Shown here: one piece after another, positions 9,572 to 18,764 of the stretch
Layout of the letters: each line of letters opens with the position of its first letter
How positions within the stretch are numbered: position 1 is the first letter of the stretch
Assembly: GCA_041613315.1 (NCBI GenBank)
Contig: JBFJHJ010000035.1
Coordinates: forward strand, 1-32,628
Length of the DNA: 32,628 nucleotides
Direction of reading: 5' to 3'
Source: Gemmatimonadales bacterium
GTDB lineage: Bacteria > Gemmatimonadota > Gemmatimonadetes > Gemmatimonadales > GWC2-71-9
The notes under the pieces: generated by a model
Databases searched by the model: none
What the model was told of the DNA's origin: nothing
The model's input: the letters and a program-made list of their open reading frames with translations, nothing else
Position numbers and translations under genes: made by a program

Positions 9572-10893
9572 GCCACGGCCTTCCGCCGGCGAAGCGCGGT
9601 CTTGGCGAGCTGGAACAGTTGCGGCAGCGGCAGATTGGACGGGCACACGTACGCGCAGCATCCACACAGCATGCAGTCGGCCAGGTCATGCACGGCCATC
9701 TCGTCGTATCGGCCGGCGAGCGCCAGGCTGCTCAGGAGCTGTGGGTTGAGAAACACCGGGCAGGAGTCGAGACACCGGCCGCAGCGGATGCAGGGGTAGG
9801 ACTGCGGGGGCTTGCAGTCGGCGGCCGTGAGTACGACGACGCCGGTGGTGCCCTTGAGGATGGGGGCGTCGAGCGACGCCTGCGCCGCGCCCATCATCGG
9901 ACCGCCGAACACGATCTCTCGGGCATCGTCGGTCAGTCCGCCGCAGGCGGCCAGCACGTCGCGCAGTTTCGTGCCGACCGGCACGATCAGGTTCGCGGGG
10001 CGCCGCACCCCGCGGCCCGAAATCGTGACGATGCGCTCGACCAGGGGCAGCCCCGTCTCGAACACTTCGCCGATCGTGGCCACGGCGGCGGCGTTCTGGA
10101 CCACGACGCCCACGTGTAGCGGGAGCTTGCCCGACGGCACCTCTCGACCGAGGAGGGCGGCGATGAGCATCTTTTCCGCCCCCTGCGGATATTTCACCGT
10201 GACCGGATGGACCGACACGTCGAGATCGTCGGGCAACGTGGCCTGGAGCGCGGCGATCGCGTCCGGCTTGTTCTTTTCGACGCCGATCATCGCTCGAGCC
10301 ACGCCGAGACAGCGCATCATGATGCGGATGCCGAGGTGGACGCGTTCCGGGTATTCCGCCATGCTACGGTGATCAGTTGTGAGATACGGCTCGCACTCGC
10401 AGCCGTTGACCACCAGCACGTCAATGGGTTGCTCCTTTGGCGGCGAGAGCTTGACGTGCGTGGGAAAGGCGGCGCCCCCGAGACCGACCACCCCGGCATC
10501 CTGGACTGCTTGGACGATTTGCTGCGGCGTGAGCCCCCGCCAGTCTGGCACCAGCCGCGGTCGTGGTGCCTGCGGAGAGAACGGCTCGACCGCGATCCGG
10601 ATCGCCTCGGCGTACATGCCGTCTGGATGGGGCCACAGGCCGATGTCCTTGACGGTGCCGGTGGCCGACGCGTGGACCGGCGACGACATCCAGCCGTCGG
10701 CCGTGCCCACCTTGTCGCCGCGCTCCACCCGATCCCCCGGGCGGACGATCGCCTGCGCCGGTTTGCCGGCATGCTGCCGCAGCGGCAAGACGACCTCCTC
10801 CGGAAATGGCATCCGTCGGATCGGCACCGTCGCCGTCAGCGCCTTCAGGTCGGGCGGGTGGACCCCGTGGCGAAAGGTGAGCGGCGCGACCAT
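9568..10893 (-). CDS. rnfC: Rnf complex subunit C (NADH/FMN/FeS)
   Basis: GVHPP, GLGGAAFPTHVK, NGCECEPYLTTD, KYPQGAEK, GGPMMG and two CxxCxxCxxxCP motifs. GAGGAG RBS. Confidence 0.96.
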   Translation of the reverse strand: MVAPLTFRHGVHPPDLKALTATVPIRRMPFPEEVVLPLRQHAGKPAQAIVRPGDRVERGDKVGTADGWMSSPVHASATGTVKDIGLWPHPDGMYAEAIRIAVEPFSPQAPRPRLVPDWRGLTPQQIVQAVQDAGVVGLGGAAFPTHVKLSPPKEQPIDVLVVNGCECEPYLTTDHRSMAEYPERVHLGIRIMMRCLGVARAMIGVEKNKPDAIAALQATLPDDLDVSVHPVTVKYPQGAEKMLIAALLGREVPSGKLPLHVGVVVQNAAAVATIGEVFETGLPLVERIVTISGRGVRRPANLIVPVGTKLRDVLAACGGLTDDAREIVFGGPMMGAAQASLDAPILKGTTGVVVLTAADCKPPQSYPCIRCGRCLDSCPVFLNPQLLSSLALAGRYDEMAVHDLADCMLCGCCAYVCPSNLPLPQLFQLAKTALRRRKAVA

Positions 10894-10901
10894 CCGTCTC
10901 C

Positions 10902-13900
10902 TCAGTTGAACCGTTCGGCCCGCTTCACCCATTTGTCGAGATCCTTTTCCTTCGGGTTGAGCGGCGTGCCCGGGTGAATGATCTCCACGGGGCAGCGTTC
11001 GGCGGCGAGCACCAACTCGCGGAACGTGCCGGCGCGGGGATCCTTGATGTACGCCTGCTTCTGGTCGTTGTAGGCGAACAGCTTGCTGTTCAGGTTCGTG
11101 CATTCGTCGCAGGTGGTGCACAGCACGGTGTCGATGTACGGCTCCATCACCAGCGCCTGCTCCGCCTCGTCGGCCCCGACGGCGGTGTCGGGAGCGGCGG
11201 CGGGAGACGCGGAGGTCGGTGCCGCGACGGCCGACGCGGACGCCACCGCCGCCGGGGACCGTGCCGCGCCGTCGCCCGCCTCCACCGGCACCGGTGCGAG
11301 CGGTAGCGCCTCGACCTTGGCGAGGAGATCGGCGATCGTCTGCCCGCCGCCTCCCGCACGGATCAGCCCTTCGGCCAGGCTGCGCGCGATGCGTTGGGGG
11401 TAACGGCTCTTGAGCTCAGCCAGCTTCGCGTCGTATTCCTGCTGGAGGATCGCCACCTGCCGCTGAAAGTCCTCCTCGAGCCCGCTGGCGATCGTATCGC
11501 GCACGCCCGCCGCCACCTCGAGCCCGGCCATCTGCCGGAGCTGCGACCAGAAATGCAGCCGCTCCTCCGCCAGCCGGACGATCTCGTCCGCGACGGCCAG
11601 ACGGCTCAACCGGCGGTCGTCGCCTACGGTATAGATGAACGGCGTCCGATCGCGTCGTTCGTCCGCCGGGAGCGCGAGGTATTCGTGGAACGCCACCAAC
11701 GTCTCCGCCGGCGCGTCGTCCGTCACCCGCGCGAAGTGCTTCTTGAAGCGGGCTTCGGTCGCCGCCCAGTCGGCGATCGTGACCGGAAGCGCCAGCGTCT
11801 GGTCGGCGCCATCTTCGTCCACGTAGGGCATCTCGTAGGACGGCCACGGGTCATCCACGGCCGGGTTGCCGTCGAGGCTGATTCGCTCCGCGACGCTCGC
11901 GCCGGCGTCCGGATCGTAACGGAGCAACGAGAAGGCCCGGCTCTCCAGCGCGAGTCGGGCGGCGCGCGTCGCCGCGTCGTCGCCCAGGCCGTGCTCCGGC
12001 GGGCACGGGCAGTGGAGGACGAACACGGCCGGCCGCCGCGACCCGAGGCCCGCCAGGATGCCGCCCAGCAGGTGTGACGGCGACGCCTGCGACGACTGGA
12101 GCACGAACACGTCGCGATGGGCCATCGCGAGGAGCGCCAGCTCCTTGCGAACCTCCTCCTTGCCGTGCTGGCCCGTGCCATACGCCGCCATGTCGGACAC
12201 CTGGCCGAGAAAGCCGCTGGTGCACGCCTGGCCGCCCGTGTTGGAGTAGACCTGCGTGTCCAGTACGATCACGCGGATGGGTTTGCCGGAGGCCATCAGG
12301 CGGGAAAGATTCTGAAACCCGATGTCGAGCATGGCCCCGTCGCCGCCCACGGCCAGGATGGGCGGGCACAGTCCGAACTCGTCGTCGTCGAACTGCCGCC
12401 AGTCGAAGGTCGCCAGGCGCGGCTCGTGGACCGCGGGGTCGTAGTCCCCGGCGAGCTCCAACTCGGCGCGGCGGACGGCGGCGAACCCATCGGCCATCTT
12501 GCGCATGTGGCCCTCGAACAGCCCGATGGCGATGGATGGCGCGTCCTGGAACAGGTGGTTCACCCACGGGAACGGGTAGGGGTTGTACGGATACGTGCTG
12601 CCCCACACGGACGAGCAACCGGTGGCGTTGGCGATGCCGCAGGCGGCCCGCCCTTTCCCGCTGGGACCTTCGGAGTAGCGCCAGCGCAGATCCTTGAGGT
12701 CCCGGATCAGCGCCGCGAGGCGCGTGATGACCGCCCGCTTCGCCGGGTCGAGCGCGATGCCCGCGGCGTCCGGGGGCGCCGCCGTCACGGCCTCGAGGTC
12801 GGTGTCCGCGGCGAGGAGGTCGCGCGCCTTGGCGTCGAGCCGCGCGACTAGATCGTCCAGTCGGCGCACGTGCCGCTCCACCCGCGGGAGCATGAGCGCG
12901 TTGACGGCCGAGAGCACGAGATGCATGACGGTCTTCTCGCCGCACCCCATGCACGCGCCGTCGCCGCCCCACATCGATCGATACGTACCTTGTTTGAGGA
13001 GCAGGGAAGGGAGGACGCCGATCCCTTCTTCGAGACTTGCGACGTTGACGTAGCGGTCGTCGGTCTCGGGCAGGTGCCGCCACAACGCCCAATTCCGCCG
13101 TAGCTTCTCGATCACCGCGTCGTCCTGCTTGATCGTACGGAGCGCGTCGTCCGGGCATACCTCCACGCAGATGTTGCAGCCCTTGCACGCTTCAGGGCTG
13201 ATCGTGATGGACAAGAGGCCGCCGCTTCCTTTCGCCTTGCGCTCGGGCAGGTCGTAGAACGGGGCCGTCTTCGCCAGGGGAAAGTCCGCCAGGGCGGCGT
13301 ACACCGGCGCGAACTCAGCATCCAACGCCGCGCGCCGCTCGGGATCCGGCTTGAGCTTGGCCACCACCTGCTCGTACGCGCTGGCGAGCACCTCGCCGAA
13401 CGTCGTGAACGGTACCCCCTCCATGATCCGCTGCGACTCGCGGGCGAGGTGCGGCACAATCTGCCGTAGGCGGTTGAAGGCGCGCCCATTGGCCACGGTG
13501 GCGATCGCGGCCCCGAGCACCTGGTCGACCTGGCTCACGACCCCGGGGATCGCCGCGTCGGGGCACTGGGTCCAGCACTGCGCGCAGCCCGTGCAATTCG
13601 CAGGGACGAATTCCGGCACCTCGAACCGCACATCGGTCATGTCGCGGATCGTGCTGGTGGCGGCCGGAAGGGCGCTGATCGCGGCGAACGGGTCCGCGAT
13701 CCCGTCGTGCCCGATCTTGGAGAGGTAGCACACCTGCTCCCAGAAGCGCCCGGGGTTCCCGATGCCGGGTCGCATGCCCGAACCGTCGAGGGCGGCCGGC
13801 ATGACGGGGTTGGAGCCCACCGTGTCGAGGCTCTCGGCGAGCTGCGACCAGTCGAGCGCGCGCACCTCGTCGAAGCCGCGCCGGATCACCCGGACATTGT

Positions 13901-15950
13901 CCTCGACCACCCGCTCGCCGAGGTGCCCGAACTTCTTCTCCAGCTGGGCTCGGATCCCCTCGAACAGCGTGGCCTCGTCGAGACCCTCCCGTTCCATGAG
14001 GGGCGCGACGCGGAAGAACGCCCCCATGAATGCCGCGCCCTGCATGCGGTAGCGTAGCTCCGCATCCGACGCCTCGTCGTTCGCGATGCGGAACGCGTCG
14101 AGGAAGAACATCCGCACGCCGGCCTCGCGGATGCGATGCTGAGCGTCGGCCGGGAGGGCCGACCACAGCGCTTCCGGCGCGAGGTCGCTCTGTATCACGA
14201 AGACGCCGCCGTCGGCGAGTCCCGCCAGGGGGTTGGAGTGACGGAAGACGTTCGGATCCGGTGACAGCACGACGTCCACGTGCTGGAGCTCGCAGTTCAG
14301 CCGAATCGGCTCGTGGGCGAGGGTCGCGTAGAACGTCGTCGGCTGGCCCTTCTTCTCCGAGCCGTACTTGGGATTCGCCTTGATCTGCAGCCCCAGCAGC
14401 TCGGACGCGGTCAACGCGAGGTTCTTGCCCATCGTGATCGCGCCCCATCCGCCCACAGAGTGGATGCGGAGGGCGAGAGAACCGTCCGGCAATAGGTTCA
14501 CCGGCGCGGACGGTGGGAGGGCGAGGTCCCCCACCTTCGGGTAGCTCGCCAGGAGCTGCTCCTGCCAGATCTGGAGCTTCGGCAGCCGCGTGCCCGCTCG
14601 GATGAAGTCGATCCCCAGATAGAACTGCCGCCGTCCCCGGCCCTCGCCCGCCAACATGTTCTCCACGGCCGCAATCAGATGACTCGGCTGCAGATCGCGA
14701 CTCCCCAAGCCGTAGCACCCCGAGTAGAAGTCCGGGAGCTCGTCGGGACGACAGGCGGCGAGGCCTGGGTGGGGGGTCGCGCCTTTCGCCCGGCCGTTCT
14801 CCAGCGCCTTCGTCATGGACGCGCGCACCTCTCGGAGGAGGGGCGGATCCACCGCCAGCGGCTGGTCCACGCGCTCGAGCACGGTGACGCCCGTCTTGCC
14901 CCGGAGCATGGTGGTTACGGCATCCGCCGGGAACGGTCGGAACATGGTGAGGTTGAGGACCCCGACCTTGAGCTTCCGCGTGGCTCGGAGATGGTCCACG
15001 ACGGCCTCGGCGTTGGGTACCACGGATCCCTGTCCCACGAGCACGTAATCGGCGTCCTCGAGCCGATATCCCGTCGCGCGCGCATAGCGACGGCCGCTCA
15101 GCGCGGCATACTCCTCGAAGGCGCGATCGGCCAGCGCCGCGACGTGGTCGAAGTAGAACGGCCGCTGCGCTGCCACCCCCTGGGCGTAGCTGTCCTGATT
15201 CTGCACGACCCCCAGCATGGCCGGGTAGTCGAGATCAAACATCTCGGGGATTCGGCGGCGCTGCTCGCCGAAGACGAGCCGCTGTGCCGGCGTCGGGGAC
15301 TCGATCAGGTCCGCGGGGTTGCCGAGGTAGTCCCGAACGAGTTCCGGCTCGGGCAGCAGGACCGACTCGATCACGTGGCTCGTCAGGAAGCCGTCCTGCG
15401 CGCAGATGCCCGGGTTCAGCGAGAGCTCGGCGATCCGGTGGGCGATCAGGTTCAGGTCCGCGGCCTCTTGCGCGTCCTTGGCGAAGAGTTGGAAGAAGCC
15501 GGTGTCGTCCACCGCGTGGTAATCGTCGTGGCCGGCGTGGACATTCAGGGCGTGTTTCGTCATCGCCCGGCAGGCCACGTTGAGCACGTAGGTCAGCCGC
15601 TTGCCGACTGCCGCGTACAGGGACTCGTGCATGTACGCGATGCCCTGGCCGCTGGAGAAGTTGGTCGCGCGCAGGCCGACCATGCTCATGCCGGCGGTGA
15701 CGGCGGCCGCGGCGTGCTCGCCTTCAGGCTCGAAGAAGATGAGACGGCGGCCGTGGACATTGGTCTTCCCCTCCGCCACGGCCGATGCCCAGCCCTCGCC
15801 CATCTGCGTCGACGGCGTGATGGGATAGGCGCCGGCGGCTTCGCTGGCGGCGGTCTCCATCGCCACGACCGCGGCACTCCCATCGACGGCGGCCGGGATC
15901 CCCGGATAGGGCGGGGTAGCCACTCGAACGGTCTTGTCTCGACGTTTCAT
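10902..15950 (-). CDS. nifJ: Single-chain pyruvate:ferredoxin/flavodoxin oxidoreductase (NifJ type), 1682 aa, with an extra C-terminal ferredoxin
   Basis: YPITPST, two CxxCxxCxxxCP motifs, GACMGCGE, NATGCSSVWG, GGDGAMLDIG (TPP), YSNTGGQ, CPCPPEHG, and terminal CTTCDEC...CP. Start overlaps the rnfB stop (ATGA). Pyruvate specificity is inferred from the family. Confidence 0.9.
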   Translation of the reverse strand: MKRRDKTVRVATPPYPGIPAAVDGSAAVVAMETAASEAAGAYPITPSTQMGEGWASAVAEGKTNVHGRRLIFFEPEGEHAAAAVTAGMSMVGLRATNFSSGQGIAYMHESLYAAVGKRLTYVLNVACRAMTKHALNVHAGHDDYHAVDDTGFFQLFAKDAQEAADLNLIAHRIAELSLNPGICAQDGFLTSHVIESVLLPEPELVRDYLGNPADLIESPTPAQRLVFGEQRRRIPEMFDLDYPAMLGVVQNQDSYAQGVAAQRPFYFDHVAALADRAFEEYAALSGRRYARATGYRLEDADYVLVGQGSVVPNAEAVVDHLRATRKLKVGVLNLTMFRPFPADAVTTMLRGKTGVTVLERVDQPLAVDPPLLREVRASMTKALENGRAKGATPHPGLAACRPDELPDFYSGCYGLGSRDLQPSHLIAAVENMLAGEGRGRRQFYLGIDFIRAGTRLPKLQIWQEQLLASYPKVGDLALPPSAPVNLLPDGSLALRIHSVGGWGAITMGKNLALTASELLGLQIKANPKYGSEKKGQPTTFYATLAHEPIRLNCELQHVDVVLSPDPNVFRHSNPLAGLADGGVFVIQSDLAPEALWSALPADAQHRIREAGVRMFFLDAFRIANDEASDAELRYRMQGAAFMGAFFRVAPLMEREGLDEATLFEGIRAQLEKKFGHLGERVVEDNVRVIRRGFDEVRALDWSQLAESLDTVGSNPVMPAALDGSGMRPGIGNPGRFWEQVCYLSKIGHDGIADPFAAISALPAATSTIRDMTDVRFEVPEFVPANCTGCAQCWTQCPDAAIPGVVSQVDQVLGAAIATVANGRAFNRLRQIVPHLARESQRIMEGVPFTTFGEVLASAYEQVVAKLKPDPERRAALDAEFAPVYAALADFPLAKTAPFYDLPERKAKGSGGLLSITISPEACKGCNICVEVCPDDALRTIKQDDAVIEKLRRNWALWRHLPETDDRYVNVASLEEGIGVLPSLLLKQGTYRSMWGGDGACMGCGEKTVMHLVLSAVNALMLPRVERHVRRLDDLVARLDAKARDLLAADTDLEAVTAAPPDAAGIALDPAKRAVITRLAALIRDLKDLRWRYSEGPSGKGRAACGIANATGCSSVWGSTYPYNPYPFPWVNHLFQDAPSIAIGLFEGHMRKMADGFAAVRRAELELAGDYDPAVHEPRLATFDWRQFDDDEFGLCPPILAVGGDGAMLDIGFQNLSRLMASGKPIRVIVLDTQVYSNTGGQACTSGFLGQVSDMAAYGTGQHGKEEVRKELALLAMAHRDVFVLQSSQASPSHLLGGILAGLGSRRPAVFVLHCPCPPEHGLGDDAATRAARLALESRAFSLLRYDPDAGASVAERISLDGNPAVDDPWPSYEMPYVDEDGADQTLALPVTIADWAATEARFKKHFARVTDDAPAETLVAFHEYLALPADERRDRTPFIYTVGDDRRLSRLAVADEIVRLAEERLHFWSQLRQMAGLEVAAGVRDTIASGLEEDFQRQVAILQQEYDAKLAELKSRYPQRIARSLAEGLIRAGGGGQTIADLLAKVEALPLAPVPVEAGDGAARSPAAVASASAVAAPTSASPAAAPDTAVGADEAEQALVMEPYIDTVLCTTCDECTNLNSKLFAYNDQKQAYIKDPRAGTFRELVLAAERCPVEIIHPGTPLNPKEKDLDKWVKRAERFN

Positions 15951-16795
15951 GCGGCGCTCCTCGTCGGCGTCGCGCGCTCCGCGAACTGCGCGCCCTCCAC
16001 CCAGACGATGGCACCCGTGGGACACCGTGCGGTGGCCGCCGGGCTGGCCAACTCGTGTTTCGCGTAATCGATCACCGCCAGGCCGTTGACGATCGCGATC
16101 AGGCCGGGGGCGGCGTCCTGCACACACTTGCCGCAGGCCGTGCAGGCCGCGCGACACAGCGCTTCGATCGCGTCTCCTTCGAGCGGACTACGGCATTGGA
16201 CGATCAGCTTGTGCGCGATCGGCATCATGGTGAAGAGGTCGTTGGGGCACGCCTCGACGCAGTCACCGCACGCGGTACACAGCTCCGGGACGACCACGGG
16301 CAGGTCATCGTCGTTCATCCAGATCGCATCGAACGTGCACACGACCTGGCAGTCGGCGAGGCCGAGGCACCCCCACGGGCAGCCCTTACCGCCTGCGGCG
16401 ACGGCGGCCGCGGCGCGGCAGGTGCCGAGCCCGCGGTAGTCGGCGCGTGGTGGTGCGACCTCGCAGCCTCCGGCGCACAGCAGTCGGGCCACGCGCCGGT
16501 TCGTCTCGCCGGCGTCGACGCCCAGGAAACCCGCGACGGTCTCGATGTCGCCCGGGCCCATCACGGTACAGGTGGCTGGCTGCGTGGCCTGCCCCACGAG
16601 CGCCTCGGCGAACGCCCGGCATCCGGCGAAGCCGCACGCGCCACAGTTCGTACCGGGCAGGAGCTCCGACACCGCATCGATCCTCGGGTCTTCCCACACC
16701 CAGAAACGGCGGTGCGCGATCGCGATCAGCGCGGCAAACGTCAGGCCGACGCCTCCCAGGATCAGCGCGGAGCCGAGGATCGCCCAGGCGTCCAT
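15947..16795 (-). CDS. rnfB: Rnf complex subunit B (membrane-anchored polyferredoxin)
   Basis: N-terminal TM helix, EDPRI, LPGTNCGACGFAGC, CLGLADCQVVC and CTACGDCVEACP motifs. Confidence 0.94.
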   Translation of the reverse strand: MDAWAILGSALILGGVGLTFAALIAIAHRRFWVWEDPRIDAVSELLPGTNCGACGFAGCRAFAEALVGQATQPATCTVMGPGDIETVAGFLGVDAGETNRRVARLLCAGGCEVAPPRADYRGLGTCRAAAAVAAGGKGCPWGCLGLADCQVVCTFDAIWMNDDDLPVVVPELCTACGDCVEACPNDLFTMMPIAHKLIVQCRSPLEGDAIEALCRAACTACGKCVQDAAPGLIAIVNGLAVIDYAKHELASPAATARCPTGAIVWVEGAQFAERATPTRSAA

Positions 16796-16804
16796 GGCGC
16801 GGTC

Positions 16805-17821
16805 CTACTCGGGCTCCGGGAGCACGGCCTGGCTCAAGAGCCACGCCGCGAGCTTGCCGGCCGGGTCGGGCGCCTGGGGCACGGGCGTCGGCCCGCCCGC
16901 CGCGGTCCCAGTCGGCGGCGCGACGGTGGGCGCGCGCGCGAGCAAGCGGAGTTGCTCCAGCTCCGCAGCCTGCTGTGCGCGGCTGATCCCCCCCAACGCG
17001 CGGAGCCGGGCGTCGCGCGGGTCCGCCACGATCTTGAGTCGTTCCCACAGGGCGGAGCCCCCGGCCGGGTCATGCACGAACTGCGCGGCCGAGTCCGGGA
17101 CCAACGCTGCGACCCCCGGCCCGTCCCAGGCGGCGAACGGCGCTAAGGCCCCGGGGTCCGTCGTCTGGAGGACGAACGTGTCGGGGGCGATGAGCCGCAC
17201 CAGCGGGGCGGGTGCCGACTCGCCGCGGACGACCAGGACGAGCTTGAGAGTGCCGTCGAGGAACTCCGCGAGGCTGGGCGCCTGCAGATCCCGACCGTCC
17301 ACCTGCACGACCAAGGGCGGCGCCATGCGCCGCTCCGCCCGGCTCCAGCGATGCGGCGGGAAGGATCCCAGCGAGCGAGCGTGGTCCGCCGGCCGGTAGC
17401 GATCGGTGCGGGCCAGCTCCGCGACCCGCGAGGCGCCGAAGGCCCGGCCGATCTCCTCCAACGCCTGCGCCACGACGTTGCGGAGCGTGCTACCGAGCGG
17501 CACGTCCACCACGAACAGGTCGTCCTCGCGCGCTGCGAGCTCCTGCAACGTCCTCAGCGCGCTGGCCACCGTGTCGATCGCATGGGCGTCGAGCGAGAGG
17601 CGGTCGGCAAACAGCGCTGCAGCCCGCTGGACGTCGATGCGGGACGCGCCGAACACGCCCAGCTCCGCCGACAGCCGCTCGATCTGGCCGTTGTCGCCGA
17701 TGCACTGCGCGGCGGCATAGGCTTGCACCTCCGCGACCGTGGCGGCCAGCGCCGCTCGAAACGCCGCTCGCGGCACGGCCAGCGCATCCAGCGCCTGCTG
17801 CGTCCGATCGTCAGACGGCAT
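16805..17821 (-). CDS. Uncharacterised 338-aa protein resembling a degenerate PFOR beta region
   Basis: Overlaps the korB end and stops 9 nt before rnfB. Colinear by-eye similarity to the neighbouring PFOR (see findings). Confidence 0.8.
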   Translation of the reverse strand: MPSDDRTQQALDALAVPRAAFRAALAATVAEVQAYAAAQCIGDNGQIERLSAELGVFGASRIDVQRAAALFADRLSLDAHAIDTVASALRTLQELAAREDDLFVVDVPLGSTLRNVVAQALEEIGRAFGASRVAELARTDRYRPADHARSLGSFPPHRWSRAERRMAPPLVVQVDGRDLQAPSLAEFLDGTLKLVLVVRGESAPAPLVRLIAPDTFVLQTTDPGALAPFAAWDGPGVAALVPDSAAQFVHDPAGGSALWERLKIVADPRDARLRALGGISRAQQAAELEQLRLLARAPTVAPPTGTAAGGPTPVPQAPDPAGKLAAWLLSQAVLPEPE

Positions 17822-18764
17822 ACCGGTCCAGCTCCGCGTTGAGAATCTGGATCTTCGCGTCGGGCGAGCGGTGGGACGGCCGCCGGAGCTCGTCGTAGCG
17901 CGCCAACGCCTCGTTACGGTAGAACAGGCCCAGGACGATGCGGCCGTCCTGCTCGGCGAAGCGGCGTGCGCCGGCCAGGTCGCCGGGGTCGTGGGGCACC
18001 CGGTTCTTGAAGATCCGATCCAGCTCCGGCACGGTGATCCCGTTCGCGTGGGTCAGCAGCTCCACCCGATCCGGGTTGCGCGCGGCCTCGTCGAACAGCG
18101 TCGGCGTGTACTGCGGGCAGCGTTGGAGGACCCGCACGAACGCGAACCCCCGGTGATGGAACGCCGCGCGCACGGTGGCGGCGAGGTGGGCCGGAATCCA
18201 ATCGGCCGTCTGCGCGACGAACGAGGCGTTCGTGACGCCCAGCGTGGCGGTGAGCGGATTCAACGCGGCGAGGTAACTGCCGTGTGGCTGGGTGTTGCTG
18301 GGAAACCCCTGGGGGGTGGTCGGCGACGTCTGATTCTTGGTGAGTCCGTAGATCTGGTTGTCGAGCAGGAGCGCCACGACGTTCGCGTTGTAGCGTGTCG
18401 CGTGAATCCAGTGTCCGGCTCCGATCGAGCAGCAGTCGCCGTCGCCCATCACCGCGAAGACGTGGAGCTCGGGCCGCGCCAGCTTGATGCCGATCGCGAC
18501 CGGCAGGGCCCGCCCGTGTATTCCGTGGAACCCATAGGTGTTGAGGTAGTGCGGGAAGCGGCTCGAGCAGCCGATGCCCGAGACGAAGACCGTGCGTTCC
18601 GGGGCGAGCTGCTCCTCGTCGAGCAGCCGTTCCACCGCCGTGAGCACCGCGTGATCGCCGCAGCCGGGACACCACCGCGCCACGGCGCCGGCGTAATCGT
18701 CCATCGTATAGCTGCGGTCCTCGTCCAGCCCGCAGTGCAGCAGGGAGCATCCCGTGGCGATCAT
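17811..18764 (-). CDS. korB: 2-oxoacid:ferredoxin oxidoreductase beta subunit
   Basis: WCPGCG, SGIGCSSR, IHGRALP, GDGD and NQIYGLTKNQTSPT motifs. ATGA overlap with the alpha subunit. Substrate not proven. Confidence 0.9.
   Translation of the reverse strand: MIATGCSLLHCGLDEDRSYTMDDYAGAVARWCPGCGDHAVLTAVERLLDEEQLAPERTVFVSGIGCSSRFPHYLNTYGFHGIHGRALPVAIGIKLARPELHVFAVMGDGDCCSIGAGHWIHATRYNANVVALLLDNQIYGLTKNQTSPTTPQGFPSNTQPHGSYLAALNPLTATLGVTNASFVAQTADWIPAHLAATVRAAFHHRGFAFVRVLQRCPQYTPTLFDEAARNPDRVELLTHANGITVPELDRIFKNRVPHDPGDLAGARRFAEQDGRIVLGLFYRNEALARYDELRRPSHRSPDAKIQILNAELDRYAV

Noticed and set aside
15951..16157. Extended PFOR N-terminus suggesting an RnfB-PFOR fusion or frameshift
   Set aside because: rnfB has its own stop, and the PFOR has a GAGGAG RBS with an ATGA overlap at 15950, which is ordinary translational coupling.
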